This document shows, piece after piece, positions 48,623 through 61,741 of a stretch of DNA of 64,000 nt. Under the pieces are notes generated by a model that worked only from the letters and a program-made list of their open reading frames with translations, was not told the origin of the DNA and made no database searches. Source of the DNA: Felis catus. Taxonomy: Eukaryota. The position numbers and the translations under genes are program-made. The DNA is taken from positions 101,992,001 through 102,056,000 of the forward strand of contig NC_058368.1 of the NCBI RefSeq assembly GCF_018350175.1, given 5' to 3'. Positions within the stretch are counted from its first letter, which is position 1; each line of letters begins with the position of its first letter.

Positions 48623-51020
48623 AGATACAGGCAGATACTGACTAATGTTGAACATCACCTAGGGTGGCTTCACCACCTAACAACTTCTTTGATGTAAGTT
48701 ATCCAATGTAAATGAACTTGAAATTTCTACCTCTGTTACATGAGAAGAATTACTTCACAAGATTATCAGGAGACTAAAATGAGAACACACACACACACAC
48801 AGCCACACTTCATAAATTCTAGTATCTGACACACACATACTAATGCTACATCTTTGTCAAAAATCTACGTTGCAAGAGTGGAAATTCTGTATAAATGTTG
48901 CATCCTACTGTGGCAATTTTATCTGAGGAACTGAAGGGCTTTCACTAGGGAAAAAAAAAAAGTCCTGAGTGGAAGATCGCCATCTTTGAAGAATCTCAAG
49001 AGTAACACTAGAACCGTGAGGCTCCAATACGAGAAGGAGATCTCTGATCATGTGTAGGCATGCATATGTTTTAAACGGGATATTGTAAAGGGAGAAATCT
49101 CCCTCAGTAGAATCATTCATACTTAAGGAACTAATAAGATCATCTGCCAAAGATAATGAATCCATTAGCTGACAAAAGAAATCAAACTGGAAATCTATAT
49201 CTTATATTTATACTGTTATCCCTAAATATTGAATGAAATATGCACCCAAAAAATACCTCATCTTATCACCCATGTGTCCAACTGAACCGTTTCCAAAGTA
49301 AATCAAAACTCTCACTGAAATTGTTTCTAGTGTTCATGATCTCACTGGGAAGAGAAAGGATTTTCTTCAATAGTCTGTTGTAATTCTGTCATTATGCTGG
49401 AGTGAGGTAATTTGCTAAAACAGCTGCCTCTAATGAGAAAACCTTTCCATCTGGCACATCCAATGGAGACACAAACAACCTCATCAGTTGAAAAAAAAAA
49501 AATAAGAACTCAACTTCACCAAGAAGAATTCTGAGAAGTGTCTCTCAGAGCCACACAAAAGCTAAAACGCATCTTGAGGGGACGGTACCTGTGTTTCTCT
49601 TGGTGGAACCATTCTATTCGCTCCCAGGTTAAGGGCATATAAACTTGGCCCAGATTTTTGCCATGTTGATAATGGGTTGCCTTTGGAAGGATTACAAAAT
49701 AATTCAGTACATGTTTATAACAGAAATATCCAAACCCCCCCCCCACACACACACACACAAAACACACAAAATGAGACAAAAGGAAAGGAATGCTGTTCTA
49801 ACACGTTGACTCTGGACACTGGAATGAGTAGATAAACATGGTTTGTTTGTTTTTTTTTTAAATATAACTATTTTGAAACTTCCTTTTTATTCTGAGGAAT
49901 TGTTATTAGGGTCTTAGTGTAACGTGTCATGGTCCATCCAGAATCCTGAACACTTCATGCTGCACTTTGACTAAGAGATATTCAAAGAAAGCTTTGTTAT
50001 TTGAATAGCTAGCAGAAAACTGCTCATTATTTTGGGTGAGTTCCTATAAAATATTAACTATCTTTCCCTTTACCACGTATCTGTTACTATTGTTCTGCAA
50101 ATATCTGGGCTTAGACGTGAGGGTCCAAGTTGCCTATTTTACTTCATTTTGAACTACAGACATGTTGGCTGGTGAATCCATGCACCGCAGGGTGCTCCGT
50201 TTTTCTAGCTCATGCAGTTGATTTATTTAGTCGTCTTCTTAGAAATTTGGTCATTGCGATTTCTCATTCTCCCAATATTATGACTCCTAAGTTAAAATTA
50301 CACACTGACCTATGTCTAAGGGTATTAAAAGAAAAATCCTATAGTGTAGGTTACAATCTGATTCTATAGCTCTGATCTTACTGGAAATGTTTTTTTAACC
50401 AAAGACTACATAAATGCTCAATAAAATGGAAGCCAGAGAGGTGAATGTGTTTGGGGTTTTCAGTCCAAGTGCTGGCATTCTGGTTAATACATCATTATAT
50501 GATGGATGACACAGCATCGTCTTGGCATGCCTGCGCCTTCTGCCAGAAGGTTATCAGCCCTTTAGAGGAGCTAATAGCAGGAGCTTTAATTTTCCCCAAC
50601 TCCTGGGTATAATATAAAATTAATGTGCACCATGTCAAGGTTATGGCAAGGCATTGTTATCTGGAAGAGAAACCGGTTTGCTCTCCACCCTCCGGACTCT
50701 CCCACATACGTGATAACACAGTATTCTAAAGCAAGTTTCTTTGTCATTGTCAATAATGGCAAGCTGGTAAAGGATATTTTCCTGCACTAATTATGCAGGA
50801 GGAAGTTAGCTGACCTGTACAAGTCAGTCCAAAAACCAAAGGAAATTATCTGTTCGTGAAACAAAAATAGTTCCATCTTATCTAACCTTTATGTCATAAA
50901 AGAAAATCCAAACAAGAACATTTGTTCACAACTGTCCTGTGCATACCATTGCTTCCTGTATTAAGGTGCTATAAGGAACAGTATACAAAGAGCACCTGCC
51001 TTCTCAGAATCTGACTTTTA

Positions 51021-51236
51021 TTTTTTTTAATGTTTATTTACTTTGAGAGAGAGAGAGAGAAAATGACCACTAGCAGGGGCGAAGCAGATAGAGAGGGAGA
51101 GAGAGAATCCCAAACAGGCTCCATGCTGCCAGTGCAGAGGCTGATGATACAGGACTTGATCTCATGAACCATGAGCTCATGACCTGAGCCAAAATCAGGA
51201 GTCATATACTTAACCAAATGAGCCACCCAGGGAGCC
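51021..51236 (-). mobile_element. Can-SINE, older subfamily
   Basis: GAGAATCCCAAACAGG, AAAATCAGGAGTC variants; imperfect TSD CAGAATCT..TTTTA. Confidence 0.92.
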
Positions 51237-51266
51237 CAGAATCTAAGTTTTAAATAAGTGCTTCTT

Positions 51267-51490
51267 GGGGCGCCTGGGTGGCTCAGTCGGTTAAGCGGCC
51301 GACTTCGGCTCAAGTCATGATCTCAAGGTCTGTGAGTTCGAGCCCCGCGTCGGGCTCTGTGCTGACAGCTCAGAGCCTGGAGCCTGTTTCAGATTCTGTG
51401 TCTCCCTCTCTCTGACCCTCCCCTGTTCATGCTCTGTCTCTCCCTGTCTCAAAAATAAATAAAACGTTAAAAAAATAAAATAAAATAAAA
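51267..51490 (+). mobile_element. Can-SINE
   Basis: TSD TAAAT(A/C)AGTGCTTCTT 51251-51266/51491-51506. Confidence 0.96.
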
Positions 51491-52332
51491 TAAATCAGTG
51501 CTTCTTAAACTCATGTAACCCAGCAGGCTTCTGAATGGTCCAGAAATCTGTATTTTTATCAAGAACCTCCCAGATAATTTTATAATTAACAGTTGGTACA
51601 GAAATACAGTTCTACCTGAAAAAAATGGGGAAAGCTTAACACCAATAACCTATCTCATATGCCATCAGTGTCCAGCTCTTCCAATAGATCTAGCCTTAGG
51701 TACAGACCCAAAGGTGAAGGGAAATCCTAGTATTTGATGGTAGGGTGATGTTTTCTTTTGGGAAGGAATACAGGGTTAACGTATTCCTACTAATAAGTTA
51801 TGTAAAAAGGCATTTTACCTCCTAAAATAGAAGGAGCCAAAAGGAAATAATTTTTTGCTGAATAAATTTTAAAAGAACCAGAATTCGACGAAAGAAAGTG
51901 AGTTGTAGAGAAAAGGTTAAGGCAAAATAGGTGATACAAAATCATGACCAAACTAATATTTTCCTAGCAGAGATGACCACAAAAGGACAATATGCCGGTT
52001 TATCTGACTTAAAATGTTGAAAGGTGAATATGGATCCTTTTCCCTCCAACTTATCAAATGCAAACCCAAGGAGTCCCCCAAAGGTAAACTGATTTTAACT
52101 GTGTCCACATTTTCTCTATTTCTCTCTTCAGTAAATAATAATGCATAGTATTACATGTGGGTCAGGCATAATATGAGAGCTTTGTGCAGAAGACACACCT
52201 CTAGGAATTTGACATGTAAAAGCCAGCCTGATGTTTATCTTTTTGGGAAAGCTAGAATAAAAGAAGGAGGTGTAAAATTGAGCTTAAAAAATAGGTACAA
52301 TGTATTAATATGGAAAAACCAGGGTAATTTTT

Positions 52333-53296
52333 TTTTCAAGTAGAATTAAATATTAGTTTCAGGTATACAATAGAGTGATTCACCAATTCTCTACATGACT
52401 CAGTGCTCATCATAAGAACTGTACTCTTAATCCCCTACACCTATGTCACCCATCCCCCCACCCAGGTCCCCTATGGTAACCAACCATCTGTTTGTTCTAT
52501 ATAGTTAAGAATATGGTTTTTTGTTGGTCTCTTTGATCATTTGCTTCTTAAATCCCACATATGAGTGAAATCATATGCTATTTGGCTTTCTCTGACTTAA
52601 TTCACTTAGCATTATACCATCCAGGTGTGCATCTATGTTGTTGCAAATGGCAAGATTTCGTTATTTTCTATGGCTGAGTAATTCCATTGTGTGTGTACAT
52701 ACATGTATATACATCTATATATACGCTACACACACACACACACCACATCTTCTTTACCCACTCACCTACGGATAGACACAGGGTGCTTCTGTATCTTGGA
52801 TATGGAAATAATGCTGCAACAAACATAAACATGCAAACTGCATATACCTCTCTGAATTAATATTTTCATTTTCTTTCGGTCAACAGACAATGGAATTACT
52901 GGACTATCTGATAATTTTATTTTTAATTTTTTAAGGAAGCTGCATGTTGTTATCCACAGAGGCTGCACTAGTTTATGGTCCTGTCAACAGTGCACAAGGG
53001 TCCCTTCTTCTCCACATCCTCACCAACATTTATTATTTCTTGTGTTTTTGATTTTAGCATTCTGACAGGTATGAGATGATAGCTCACTGTAGTTTTGATT
53101 TGCATTTCCCTGACGAATGATGTTGAGCATGTTTTCATGTGTTTGTTGGCCATCTGTGTATGTCTTCCTTGGAAAAGTGTCTACTCAGGTCCTCTACTTA
53201 TTTTTAATTATATTAATAATAGTTACATTTATAATAATAATTATTATTATTACTATTATTTTGGTGTTGAGTTGGATGGTTAATAGTTTTCTAAGT
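52333..53296 (-). mobile_element. Carnivore L1, 5'-truncated (ORF2 C-terminus and 3' UTR), decayed
   Basis: ORF 52968-53153 [27 protein letters not shown] and QPLW match the L1 ORF2p C-terminus; TSD CA(G/A)GGTAATTTTT 52320-52332/53297-53309. Confidence 0.92.
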
Positions 53297-53417
53297 CAAG
53301 GTAATTTTTAAGAGCTACCTTAGCTTGCCACATTGATATACGATAGGTACTCAGTCTACAGATTTGGAGGGAGTTGCTTCCAGGGTCATTCTACCTTGCC
53401 TCCATATGGTACGAGGG

Positions 53418-53810
53418 TGTATTAATCTTCATAGGCTGCCATAACCAAAAACCACAGACTGGGTGACTTATATAGGCATTTATTTTCACACAGTTTTGGA
53501 TGTCAAAGTTCATGACCAAGGTACCAGCAAATTACATTTCAGGTAAGGACTTTTTTTCTGGTTTGTAGATGGCTACCTTCTTGCTGTATCCTCACATGGT
53601 CATTTGTGTGTGTGTGTGTGTGTGTGTGCTTGGAAAGAGAGCAAGCTCAGATGCCCCATCCTCAGGTTATAGGGGCCCCATCTTTACGGCCTCATTTAAT
53701 CATTATTACACGTAAGGTCTTACATAAGACCCTGTCTCCAAAAGCAGTCACATTGCAGGTTGGAACTTCAACATATGAATTTTTGGAGGGATGCAATTCA
53801 GTTCCCAACA
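53418..53810 (-). mobile_element. MaLR solo LTR (MLT1A-like)
   Basis: TG...CA termini, 5-bp TSD (G/C)AGGG, GGCTGCCATAAC..ACCACAGACTGGGTG..CTTCAACATATGAATTTT; internal (TG)n. Confidence 0.88.
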
Positions 53811-54484
53811 CAGGGTTAGGAAACCCTTGGGGCAGGGTCACACATACCCCATAGGATACTTGTGCATGTACTAGAACAAGGCACCCATTCATTTCAGCAG
53901 ATGTGGTCTCCTAATGCAGTACATCAGGGTGCGCAGCCACAAGATTTGTGATGTGGGACACAGACTCAATCGTGGCCCCCAATTACCCTCTTAGTCATGA
54001 GTTCTCTGCACGACACAACGGAGACAAGCAAAATGGATATGAAGACTCTAAAGAAGAGCCTGGGACACCTTGGAACATGAGTTATAACAAACAGGGCCTT
54101 CAGCAAAGACAATCAGAGTCATCTTTTAACTATGGACACAGTGAAAACCCACCCTAAAATATTTACCTTCCATGTTAGACAACTACTAGATAATGTGGCA
54201 TGCCAGACACAGAACTCTGATGACGTCGGACTCAGGTTTAGATCAGTGTAGGTGCCCAAGCTTCCTGATGTATACTTGAAGGAAATGCAAGAGCTTCCAT
54301 TAATACAAGCAAAGAGTCTACCTGGGATCTGAGCTAAGTACAAAAGTGTCCTGAGATCATGGTGGCGCACAGAGTGCCTCCTACTTTAAATTGCCTAGTC
54401 CCCAAGAAGCCCTTTGCCGTGAAGACTACTGAAAGTCAGGTTGGACTTCCTGGACTGCCCTAGAGGGATGCTCCTCGAGGAGAG

Positions 54485-55010
54485 GCAGCAATGTACAATG
54501 GATAAGACCACGTATTCTGAGGGCGGGATATGGGATTTGAACCCATGCAGGCTTCATGACCTTGGGCAAGCTACTTAATTCCCTATACTTCATTTCCCTC
54601 ATCTGTAAAATGAGTCATTAGTATAATGCCTATTTCAAAGGTAGCCTGTGAGAAGTAAATGAGTTACTACACATATATAACATCTCCTTGCAAATTCTGA
54701 AACCAAATAGCTATAAACCTAAAAAAAATTACAAACTTATTTGGCAGCAAATCTTGATCGAAACTTAAATTAGGCTATGTATAATCTTTATTTATCCTGA
54801 GTGCTAATGTTCATGTTTTTGCTACAGAAATATGAATGTATTTGATTACAGAGTGCTGCCTCAGACTCAATGTGGCAGATAAAGTTACATTTGGTACATA
54901 CACCTTTTTAAAATAGAAAAATGTACAACTGGCTCCTAAGGGTTGCAGATAAGGGACGGTGGCCTTAGAACAGTAACCAGCACTTATCAAGTGTTGAAGA
55001 GTTAGTTTTT
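54485..55010 (+). mobile_element. MIR interrupted by a DNA transposon
   Basis: TGACCTTGGGCAAGCTACTTAA..TTTCCCTCATCTGTAAAATG; tail resumes near 54966. Confidence 0.8.
54672..54965. mobile_element. MER96B-like hAT non-autonomous element
   Basis: AAACTTATTTGGCAGCAAA..CTGGCTCCTAAGGGTTGCAGATAAGGGA, recalled similarity to MER96B. Confidence 0.6.
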
Positions 55011-55179
55011 AAACGTCTGTCCTATGATTGTTTGCACATATAAAAAGTGAGAGCAATGACTTGATCTACTCTATAGACTTGAACTCCAAACTACAGAACC
55101 ATAGGATAAAAGAGCTAGAGGCAGGCTGAAAGATAATTCATTCCAGTCATACACTTTGCGGATGTCATAAACAGATATT

Positions 55180-58060
55180 GAGCTTCTGGCCATAAAGGAA
55201 TAACAGGAACCACATTTACCCTCCCACCTGAAATAATGAAAAAAATATATAAAACAAGTTTTCACTAGGACATTAGTCAATGAAAAACAGTGATCCCACA
55301 GAGGTGGGGAAAAACAGAAGATGAGCCCTGTGATTGCCACAGTTTATTGCCTTGAGAGTGTTTCCAGGCTGCAGTGCAGGGAGGAAAACCCCAGGGAGAA
55401 CCCAGCAGTATCCCTCAACTGTGGATAGAGAACTGAGAGGTCAGAGAGACCCAGGTGGCTAGAGTTTCCAAGTCAGAGTACCAGACAAAAGAAAGGTACA
55501 GAGATATGGAACTCTGGAGAGCAAAAGAGGGTCCCTTGGAGTATTGAAGTGAGTACTATATATGCATCCATGTGAAGAAACTGCCCAAGGCCAGGGAAAG
55601 GAACACCCATAAGAGAAATTAGTACCCATCACTTACACAGGACTGGGAATGGTGCCTGTTCCCATGAGCCAGAATGAAAAAAAAAAAAATCAAGATTTAC
55701 AGAGCACTGGGTACACAGATGGGTCTTTCTTCAACACTGGAGGATAATTAGCCTTAGAGTGAGCACCGTTCTGGTCGTGCTTAAAATATCTAAAAAGCAA
55801 TATCTAAAAGCTGTTTGGATAAAACAGCTAAAGCTGTTTCCAAGTAACTTAAGTGAGTCCCAGAACAAAGTTCAAGAATATCTACAGGAACACAAAATAT
55901 ACAGCAACCAACAAGATGAAAACAAAGGCTGGCACCCAATAAAAAATTGCCAGGTATACAGAGAAGCAGAAAAATGTGATCCATAATAATAAGAAAAAGC
56001 AATCAATCAAAACAGATGCAGACTTTTGCCTATTTCTCCTCCTGACTACAACTACAAACCCTGGACATTATATATAAAACAAACATAAAAAGACTCTGAA
56101 AGCCAAAAATAAGACAGCAGACCAGGTGCACAACTTATGAACAATGTAGTGGTAGGTTGCCTATGTTTTCTTTTTGCCTCATATATCCTAGACCTGTTGC
56201 TGAACAGTGACAAACCCAACACACCAACATGTGCAAACAAAAAACACTCCTCAACAGAAGTCTCCTCTTTCCAGCCAAAAGATCATGAAAGGGACAGCAG
56301 ATCAAGACAAAAAACTTTAAACAACCTCTCAACTCCAGCCAGACAATACAGATAAAATCCACCAAATCCACACTAGCAAGGGGCCAGTGGAAAGCCTGAG
56401 TTTCCATCCTTGTGAGACACCCTTGTGGGGGTCATATTAGAGAAGGCCAGGAAGGGAGTCAGGTCTTTCATTTCAACAACCAGTAACAAGTCTACCCCCC
56501 ATGGTGTCACCAGAGACCAAGGGGGAAGCTAAAACAGAGAGAAGAAAAAAATGTAAAACAGCTAACTTAAACCCTGACACATCAATAATTACATTAAATT
56601 TAAGTGGTATAAATTCATTATCTAAAAGACAGAGATTGACAGAGTAGATTTAAAAAAAAAAATCAAGAAACTGTCTACAAGAAATCCACTCCAAATATAA
56701 TGACATAGTCAGACTGATAATAAAAGGATATTAAAAATAAATCATGTAAACATTAATAAAGAGAATGGCTACCTTAACATCAAATAAAGTACCTTTCAAA
56801 GCAAAAAAATCACCAGCCCCAAGGAGGAATGTTATATAATGATAAAAAGGTCCAAGTACAAAGAAGACAAAGCCATCTCGAGGGTTTATGTGCCAAACAA
56901 CAGAGCTGGAAAATATATGAAGTAAAACTGATAAAACTAAAAGAGTAGACAAATCCATAATGAATACTACAACACTGCACTCTGAACAACCGATAAACCA
57001 GCTACACAGAAAATTAGCAAGATTACAGAGAAATGTAATGACACCAACAGGATGTAATCACTATTTATAGCCCACTGCACCTAACAAGAGCAGATTACAC
57101 ATGTTTTTTAAGCATCCATGAAATATATACCAAGATAGACCATAGCCTGGCCCACAAATGTAAAAGAACTGAACTTATGCCAAGTGTATTATCCAACCAC
57201 GAAGAACCAAACTAGAAATCCCCAACATAAAGATAACAGAAAAATCTTCCAATGCCTATAAACTAAACAAACTGATTTCTATGTAATCTATGGGTCAAAT
57301 AGGAAGACTCAAGGGAACTTTTAAAAACCTGGAAATGGATAGACTATATTTTCTTATTTAAATCCTTGCAGCAGATAATCATTTAAACAAAAATGAAAAC
57401 AATTTAGTGGGGTTTATAACATATGTAAAAGTAAGCTACATTACAAGAACAACCCAAGGGTTGGGATAAGAGAAACCCAAATATCCTCTCGCATACAAGT
57501 GATATATATACCAACATGGATGAATTTAGAAATAACTCTGCTGAATAACAGATGGTCAGACAAGGAGCAACTGGGTGCCTCAGTCAATTAAGCATCCAAT
57601 TCTTGATTTCGGCTCAGGTCATGATTTTGTGATTCTCGAGGTGAAGCTCCACATTAGGCTCTGTGCTGACAGTGTGGGGATTCCCTCTCCCTCTCTCTCT
57701 GCCCCGCCCCTGTCTGCATTTGTTCTCTCAAAAATAAACGAACATTAAACAAAAATAGAAGTCAGATAAAAAAAGAGTACATGTTGTATGATTCCACTTA
57801 CATAAAATTTTAGGTAGGAAATATAAAATATTGTGTAGAAACAGAGGATAAGTTAGCAGTTATATGATGATAAACAGAGGACAGGGAGGAGGTGGAGAGA
57901 TTACAAAAGGACACAAAGAAACTTAGGGAATGGAGGAGTATGTTCATTACTTTAACTGTAGTGGTAATGTCACAAATATACACCTATGCCAACACTTACG
58001 CAATTACATACTTTAATTTTGAACAGTTTATTGTATGTCAATTACACAATAAAAAAACTT
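55180..58060 (+). mobile_element. Composite ancient L1M remnants (5' regions, ORF2 endonuclease, 3' end)
   Basis: About 56580-57330 translates SIITLNLSGINSLSKRQRL..CLQE (L1 endonuclease); 3' end motifs ACATGGATGAAT, GTATGATTCCACTTACATAAAAT, TTTATTGTATGTCAATTACACAATAAA. Confidence 0.8.
57563..57755 (+). mobile_element. Can-SINE, older, inside L1 3' end
   Basis: TCTTGATTTCGGCTCAGGTCATGAT; TSD GTCAGA(C/T)AA. Confidence 0.88.
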
Positions 58061-58834
58061 AAGGAAAATAACAATGAAATACAGGTATCACCTGAGCTCA
58101 CATCATTTTGTCATTTTACATGTATTTGCTTACTCACTTACTGCTTTTAAGTCTGAGCAATTCTAACTTTTGTTCACTTTAAAATATTTCGGTATGAGCA
58201 GGCAGAAATTTACACGTTTACGCTTCTCTATCATTAGACTGTAGCGTGTGGCTCCTCGAAGTATGTCCAAAGGATGCAGACATGATAATGGGCCCAGCCA
58301 AGACCGAACATAAACAAACAACGCCACCAGAGAGCAACATTAGCAGCATGTTCTTTGGCTGTTATTTTTAAGCCAATAAAATTAACGGGAATATTGAAGT
58401 GTCTCTGTCTTTGAACATGGATCTCCAATGTGGATGTGAAACATGTATCCAGTGCCAAATAATGAAGTGGAAACTGGCTTCCCAAAGTTGTTTTTACTTG
58501 TAAGATTTCAAGCAGATATACTTCCATGGTTGTTAAATATCAGTTTCTGGGCATTCTGCCATAATTTTAAGACTGCTGAGAAAAGTGATTCTTTAAGTGT
58601 GGTCCACGGCCTATTGGAAATATTCAAAGGGCTTCTGGTTGGTTCATAAAGTCAATGAAAGGACAAATCACAGGAAATTGTGGGCACTTAAGTGTTTTTC
58701 TCAATTGCAAATTTAGATCTGCTTTACAAGTCACAAAGTCAACACACTCTTCCCCTATGGCACTAATTTAATTAAAAAACTGAAATCGGATAAAAGGGGG
58801 CTGATCAGTTATGAGTAGCCACTTTTGTATTTTT

Positions 58835-59022
58835 TCCTCAAAATATTCTGCAAACCAACTGCACCAAAACCATCTAATTAAGTTGTAAAAACCTAAAATG
58901 CAGATTCCTGCTCCCCACCCAAAAATCTACCATATTGGAAATGTTTGGGATGAGGCCAGGAATCTATGTGTTTAATAAACAGTCTAACGATTCTTATGTA
59001 TACCAAGATTCAAATGCTATAG
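58835..59022. mobile_element. MER5A-like fragment
   Basis: AAAATGCAGATTCCTG..GGATGAGGCCAGGAATCTATGTGTTTAATAA..GATTCTTATG. Confidence 0.7.
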
Positions 59023-60811
59023 TTTTCCCCCTATGGATCACACTTGAGCCACAAAATATATTTCATGAAACTAAAAACATACTACTGCATTGTTTGTGGA
59101 CTGTTTTCTTGACAATAACTTCCTTTATTCTTCTGTTTATCATTGTCAACGGTGAACTGAGTTCCAAGTAGAAGTGTATTTCTATTTAACCATCACCAAG
59201 ATTTAAATTTAAACATCACCAAGAAAACCAAGAAACTTCTGAAGTATGAAGGATGACTGAGGAAGAATTGAAGAGTGTGTTTTGTCAGTTTTGATGAACC
59301 AAAGTATTATTTTTAGAAGGCAATAACAACATTCACTTCTGGTGGTAAAAATAATTATTGAAGGCATTACAGTGGGGGAAAACGGTCATGATTATAAGCC
59401 TGAACTCCCCTATTTTGTCACTCCAAATACTGTTTTTATAATGTAATGTTTATTGTGAGAAATTTATTAGCACAATTCTAACAGAACGGATGGTATGGAA
59501 AAGTTCTCAAAGAGTACTGAGCCTCTAGAGACTTAAAATGGTGAGGGTCCCAGGGCCAGGAGATGACAGTGACCAAAAGCAAAGGTTCTGGCTGTCACTT
59601 TCTAGAATTTACATCAATTTGGAAACCCAGAGTTTCTCATTCATAACAAATTAAGTTCAGTTAGCCCTGTAATAACCGAATGGATGTTTACAGTTATAGG
59701 TTAAATATAAGTGTTGTGCTCCTTGGGCTAAATAAGAGATAATATAGATGCTACAAGCAGACAAAGGGCACGTTTACAAAACAGCTGAATTAAAATACCA
59801 ATAAGACCTTGGTTTACAAGCATAATTCATTCTGGCAACATGCTTGTAATCCACAGCACTTGTATCAAAGGGAATTTCAAGAACCCCTGGCTCAGGGCTG
59901 GTCATGTGACATTTGGTGTCGCATACTACTTGTATTGTAAGATGTCACTTATTCATCAAGTTAAAACGTATTAGAAATGTTCCCTCATCTTCAGGAACAC
60001 TCGCAGAACAAGTCCCTTGCCATCTAAGGTGTTACTGTACACTGTTATGAATGGAGCACATCCTCAGCACATGGACAAAGTGGATAGGGTCCCAGTGGAT
60101 TCCATGTCCAACACATCTTCATCGAGTGACTCCCTAGCATACCGCAGCCAGTGAGAGGAGGAGAGCTAGTGAATTTGAAGGAAATAATCCCAGATTTGGA
60201 AGTTGGGCTGTATCCAGCACAGGTCTCAATGTGTGAGGGTCTCAAGGTGTGAGACTCCAATTCTGGTCACTTCTGTGGTGCCAATAACTGAACTGAAAGT
60301 TGCCCTGCCTTGTTGAGTCACGTCTGCAAGGAATGGCAAGCCAGCCCCCGGTAGGAACAAAAGGCCTAATGTATGAGTTGCTAAGGGCAGACTGTTTCTG
60401 CGTGACACTTAATAAATGCCTCGCTGCTATTTTGTATAAGAGAACAGGAGGTTTAGAGACATTAGTAAGCCAAGTAAAACAGAGTGTATTTACTGTGACT
60501 TAAAGAAGTCACGGAAAGAAACCAAGCAGTAGATGTTGGGATTCAAGTCACGTAAACAGAAGGTGCTGTTAGGGGAGCCTCCTATGTTAGTCTGGACTCT
60601 TACCAATCTGTATGCTATGTGCCCCTTCCTCATCCCCAAAAGGTTTCTGGGGTTCCTATGAAAAGCGATCGCATTCATGGGATATCCTCACCACCACTTC
60701 TTCCTATGTCAAAATCATCGTCTACATCAATGTTACTACTTCCTGGAGCCATCCTGCCTTCACTCAATCAGACAAATTACTCTCGCCTCTGCTTTGTTCC
60801 TAACATATTTG

Positions 60812-61221
60812 GCACACACATATTTCATAATTAATATGTGTATTATTAATTATATATATATTAATTATATTATTTATATATTATTATTTATATATAATAT
60901 ATTATATAATATATATAATATATATTATTATATATTAATTATATATATTTAATATATGTTAATATATAAATATATATTATATATTAATATGTTAATATAT
61001 AAATATATTTAATATATTAATTAATATGTTAGTTAATATATTATATATTTATATATAATAATTATATATTAATTAATTAATTAATCAATATATAATTATT
61101 AATACATTAAATATATATATATAATTAATATATATTATATATATAGCACATAATATGTGCTATACACATTATTAAAATGTGTATAGCACACACACATTTC
61201 ATAATTAATTTCATAATTAAT
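60812..61221. repeat. AT-rich expansion within an L2 remnant
   Basis: About 300 bp nearly pure A/T between 24-bp direct repeats; L2-like sequence continues to about 61350. Confidence 0.93.
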
Positions 61222-61553
61222 TTATGCCTATCTGCCCCCCTTGAGTAAACTCCTAAAGATAAGATCTACGTTTGATGATTTTTGTACTGTCCACTGCACT
61301 AAGCACATTATCTTGTACAGAACTGGCCTTTTATTATGTTTACTCAACTGAATTTAAAGGAGTTATAAGATGATCATGGAATTTCCAGAGTAAATGAAGT
61401 TAGCCAGATGAAACCATGTGTTTTTAGTCTGGTTTTTTAAAGTCATAGAAATATCCCCAAAAGTAGATACAAGAGTTACCTCAACCTCAGCATGAATCTA
61501 GCTACATCAGAGCAGACTGCCGAGCACTGCTGGTATATTTAAATGGGTTTGTT

Positions 61554-61741
61554 GGGGCTCCTGAGTGGCTCAGTCGGTTGAGCGACCAACTTTGGCTCAG
61601 GTCATGATCTCACGGTTTGTGAATTCAAGCCCCGCGTCAGGCTCTGAGGAGCCTGCTTCCGATTCTGTGCCTCCCTGTCTCTCTGCCCCTCCCCCCACTC
61701 ATGCTTTGTCTCAGAAAAAAATAAACATTTAAAAAAAATTT
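61554..61741 (+). mobile_element. Can-SINE with internal deletion
   Basis: TSD TTTAAATGGGTTTG 61538-61551/61742-61755. Confidence 0.94.

Noticed and set aside
48905..49170. 86-aa minus-strand ORF behind a good acceptor (TTTCTTTTGTCAG)
   Set aside because: Peptide unrecognised, no convincing donor, and the frame runs through a poly-T tract
4555..51313. Recurring ORF family (..AQSVKRPTSAQVMISR..SSPASGSVLTAQSLEPASDSVSPSLS..)
   Set aside because: These are translations of Can-SINE copies, not a protein family
52762..53153. L1 ORF2-like peptides as functional CDS
   Set aside because: 5'-truncated, frameshifted retrotransposon remnant
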